Shown here in pieces: positions 62,478 to 64,000 of a stretch of DNA of 64,000 nucleotides. Position 1 is the first letter of the stretch, and the number at the start of each line of letters is the position of its first letter. The stretch comes from an uncultured delta proteobacterium (GTDB lineage Bacteria; Desulfobacterota; WTBG01). The notes beneath the pieces were generated by a model. The model saw only the letters and a program-made list of their open reading frames with translations, ran no database searches and had not been told where the DNA came from. Position numbers and translations under genes: made by a program. The stretch lies in NCBI GenBank assembly GCA_963793865.1, contig CAWCBP010000001.1, positions 128,001-192,000 of the forward strand, written 5' to 3'.

Positions 62478-62511
62478 AAAAAGCCTCTCAGATTTGTTCC
62501 CGAGAGGCTTT
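62478..62511 (-). terminator. Rho-independent terminator
   Basis: AAAAAGCCTCTC...GAGAGGCTTT hairpin with T-tract on the minus strand. Confidence 0.8.
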
Positions 62512-62533
62512 GTTAATCTAAAACATACATTCA

Positions 62534-64000
62534 TTATGGTAATGGATAACTACACCACTGTCCAACAACACACACCGGGCAGGGGTTCTGCATTGAGCTG
62601 CGGCCAAAGTCTGATTTGAAAAGCGATGCGTCGGTGCCGTCTACGTCACCATCGCAATTGAAGTCGCCGTTGCATGTATCACCGGCAATGCAGGGGTGAG
62701 TAATAGCGCTCCTTCCGAAATTGGCCTTAAACGTGAAAGCATCACTCCCATCCACATCACCATCACACACAAAATCACCTTCACAGTCGCAAGCATCCCC
62801 GATTCCGTTGCCCTGCAGGGGGTAGGTATCATCTTGATTGTAGTTTGTGACATCGGGACAGTTATCACAGACACTTCCTAACCCATCGCTGTCAGGATCC
62901 TCTTGCCCGGAGTTATAGACATCAGGACAATTATCACAATTATTGCCTGTCCCATCATTATCCATGTCCTCCTGGCCGGGATTAGCAGCATTTAAACAGT
63001 TGTCAGCCTGGTTGTAAACCCCATCACAGTCATTATCACAATTGACCCCTTCTTCACAGTTAGTGAACACATCGCAGGCATTTCCGACACCGTCACAATC
63101 ACCATCCTCCTGATCCGGATTATAATGATTGGGACAGTTATCACAGGCATCACCATGGAGATCGCTGTCACTGTTTTCTTGTCCGGGATTGGGGTTCTCA
63201 GGACAATTATCCGTGCCGTCGGGTAGTCCTTCACCATCACTATCTCCCCCGCAATAAACATCCCAGCCTCCACCTGCAGAGGAATAATCAGAATAGTGAG
63301 GCACTGCACAGGAATAATTATAAGACCATGAGCCATCTTGACACGTATCTTCAGAAACCCCGCCCATAATACAAATGCTGTAAGAATTTCTATAACAGGA
63401 ATCGATATAGACTTCAGGTTCACCCCCCATCATTATAACAAATGCCTGATATGCAGCCTGTTGCGTTTTTGACAGTTCTTCCGTTGGCAACCATCCTTCT
63501 TTATGAGGCGGTTCGCATGATGAACAGGAAGGTGGCCACGTAACTTCAGTGCATTCTGTACATGAGGCACTGTCAGTCCACCATTTGATAATGCAGTTGT
63601 CACAGGCATCACCTGTACCGTCTGCATCGCTGTCTTCCTGGGATGGGTTAAAAACGGTAGGGCAGTTATCATTTACATCTAAGATTGAATCATTGTCATC
63701 ATCCTCATCACAGGCATCAGCTATTCCATCACCATCTGTATCTTCCTGATTTGGGTTGTATGCGGATGGACAATTGTCACAAGCATCACCTATGCCGTCT
63801 TGATCGCTATCTTCCTGCCCTTGATTGGGTATATCAGGACAATTATCCCTAGTGTCAATAACTGTATCTCCATCTTGATCAGTGGGTTTTACATATTTTA
63901 GATTAATATCAGAATAACTGATGTAGGGATTCCCGCTGCCATCAATTGCTATTGAGGTTGATCCTGCTACCTCAACCTCACTGTCTATTGTCTCTTTCAT
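62534..64000 (-). CDS. Secreted modular protein, 5'-truncated by the window edge: last propeller blade, TSP3-like repeats, Cys-rich insert and dockerin-like C-terminal domain
   Basis: [19 protein letters not shown] repeats; [18 protein letters not shown]...[32 protein letters not shown]...WCSY. Confidence 0.85.
   Translation of the reverse strand: MKETIDSEVEVAGSTSIAIDGSGNPYISYSDINLKYVKPTDQDGDTVIDTRDNCPDIPNQGQEDSDQDGIGDACDNCPSAYNPNQEDTDGDGIADACDEDDDNDSILDVNDNCPTVFNPSQEDSDADGTGDACDNCIIKWWTDSASCTECTEVTWPPSCSSCEPPHKEGWLPTEELSKTQQAAYQAFVIMMGGEPEVYIDSCYRNSYSICIMGGVSEDTCQDGSWSYNYSCAVPHYSDYSSAGGGWDVYCGGDSDGEGLPDGTDNCPENPNPGQENSDSDLHGDACDNCPNHYNPDQEDGDCDGVGNACDVFTNCEEGVNCDNDCDGVYNQADNCLNAANPGQEDMDNDGTGNNCDNCPDVYNSGQEDPDSDGLGSVCDNCPDVTNYNQDDTYPLQGNGIGDACDCEGDFVCDGDVDGSDAFTFKANFGRSAITHPCIAGDTCNGDFNCDGDVDGTDASLFKSDFGRSSMQNPCPVCVVGQWCSYPLP

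Noticed and set aside
1835..62865. Diversity-generating retroelement acting on the repeated C-termini
   Set aside because: No reverse transcriptase; differences are not adenine-specific; all copies are coding

Overview
Bacterial genomic window. Gene content and synteny (cmk-rpsA-sppA, mgtE-recO-glyRS-ppdK, tungsten-type AOR, Gld-like ABC) suggest an anaerobic deltaproteobacterium (Desulfobacterota-like); this is an inference. A GC-rich housekeeping core (~10-50.6 kb) lies between two visibly more AT-rich accessory regions (1-~9.8 kb and ~50.9-64 kb) rich in secreted modular proteins. Three candidate undescribed systems stand out. (1) At 34.5-38.1 kb, a ParA ATPase fused to a glycogen-binding CBM48/AMPK-beta-like domain sits with a degenerate MinD-like partner carrying the ParB-type LGRGL peptide, an RHH protein and a stand-alone CBM48 protein: a possible glycogen-granule positioning system. 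(2) At 51.8-62.4 kb, four copies of a ~200-bp non-coding element with an imperfect 11-6-11 core and TACTAC motifs bracket genes in two arrays that point toward a central tyrosine recombinase: a possible non-integron cassette system. (3) Five secreted proteins share a Cys-rich double dockerin-like C-terminal domain, and two others carry a different, CFI-box-CTERM-like tail; the two tails appear interchangeable on the same passenger domain. Many genes have single-base frameshifts, probably sequencing or assembly errors. REP-like palindromes, MITE-like elements and a (CCTGAAC)10 tract are present. I recognised no rRNA, tRNA or CRISPR array. All family assignments are by motif recognition, not database search.
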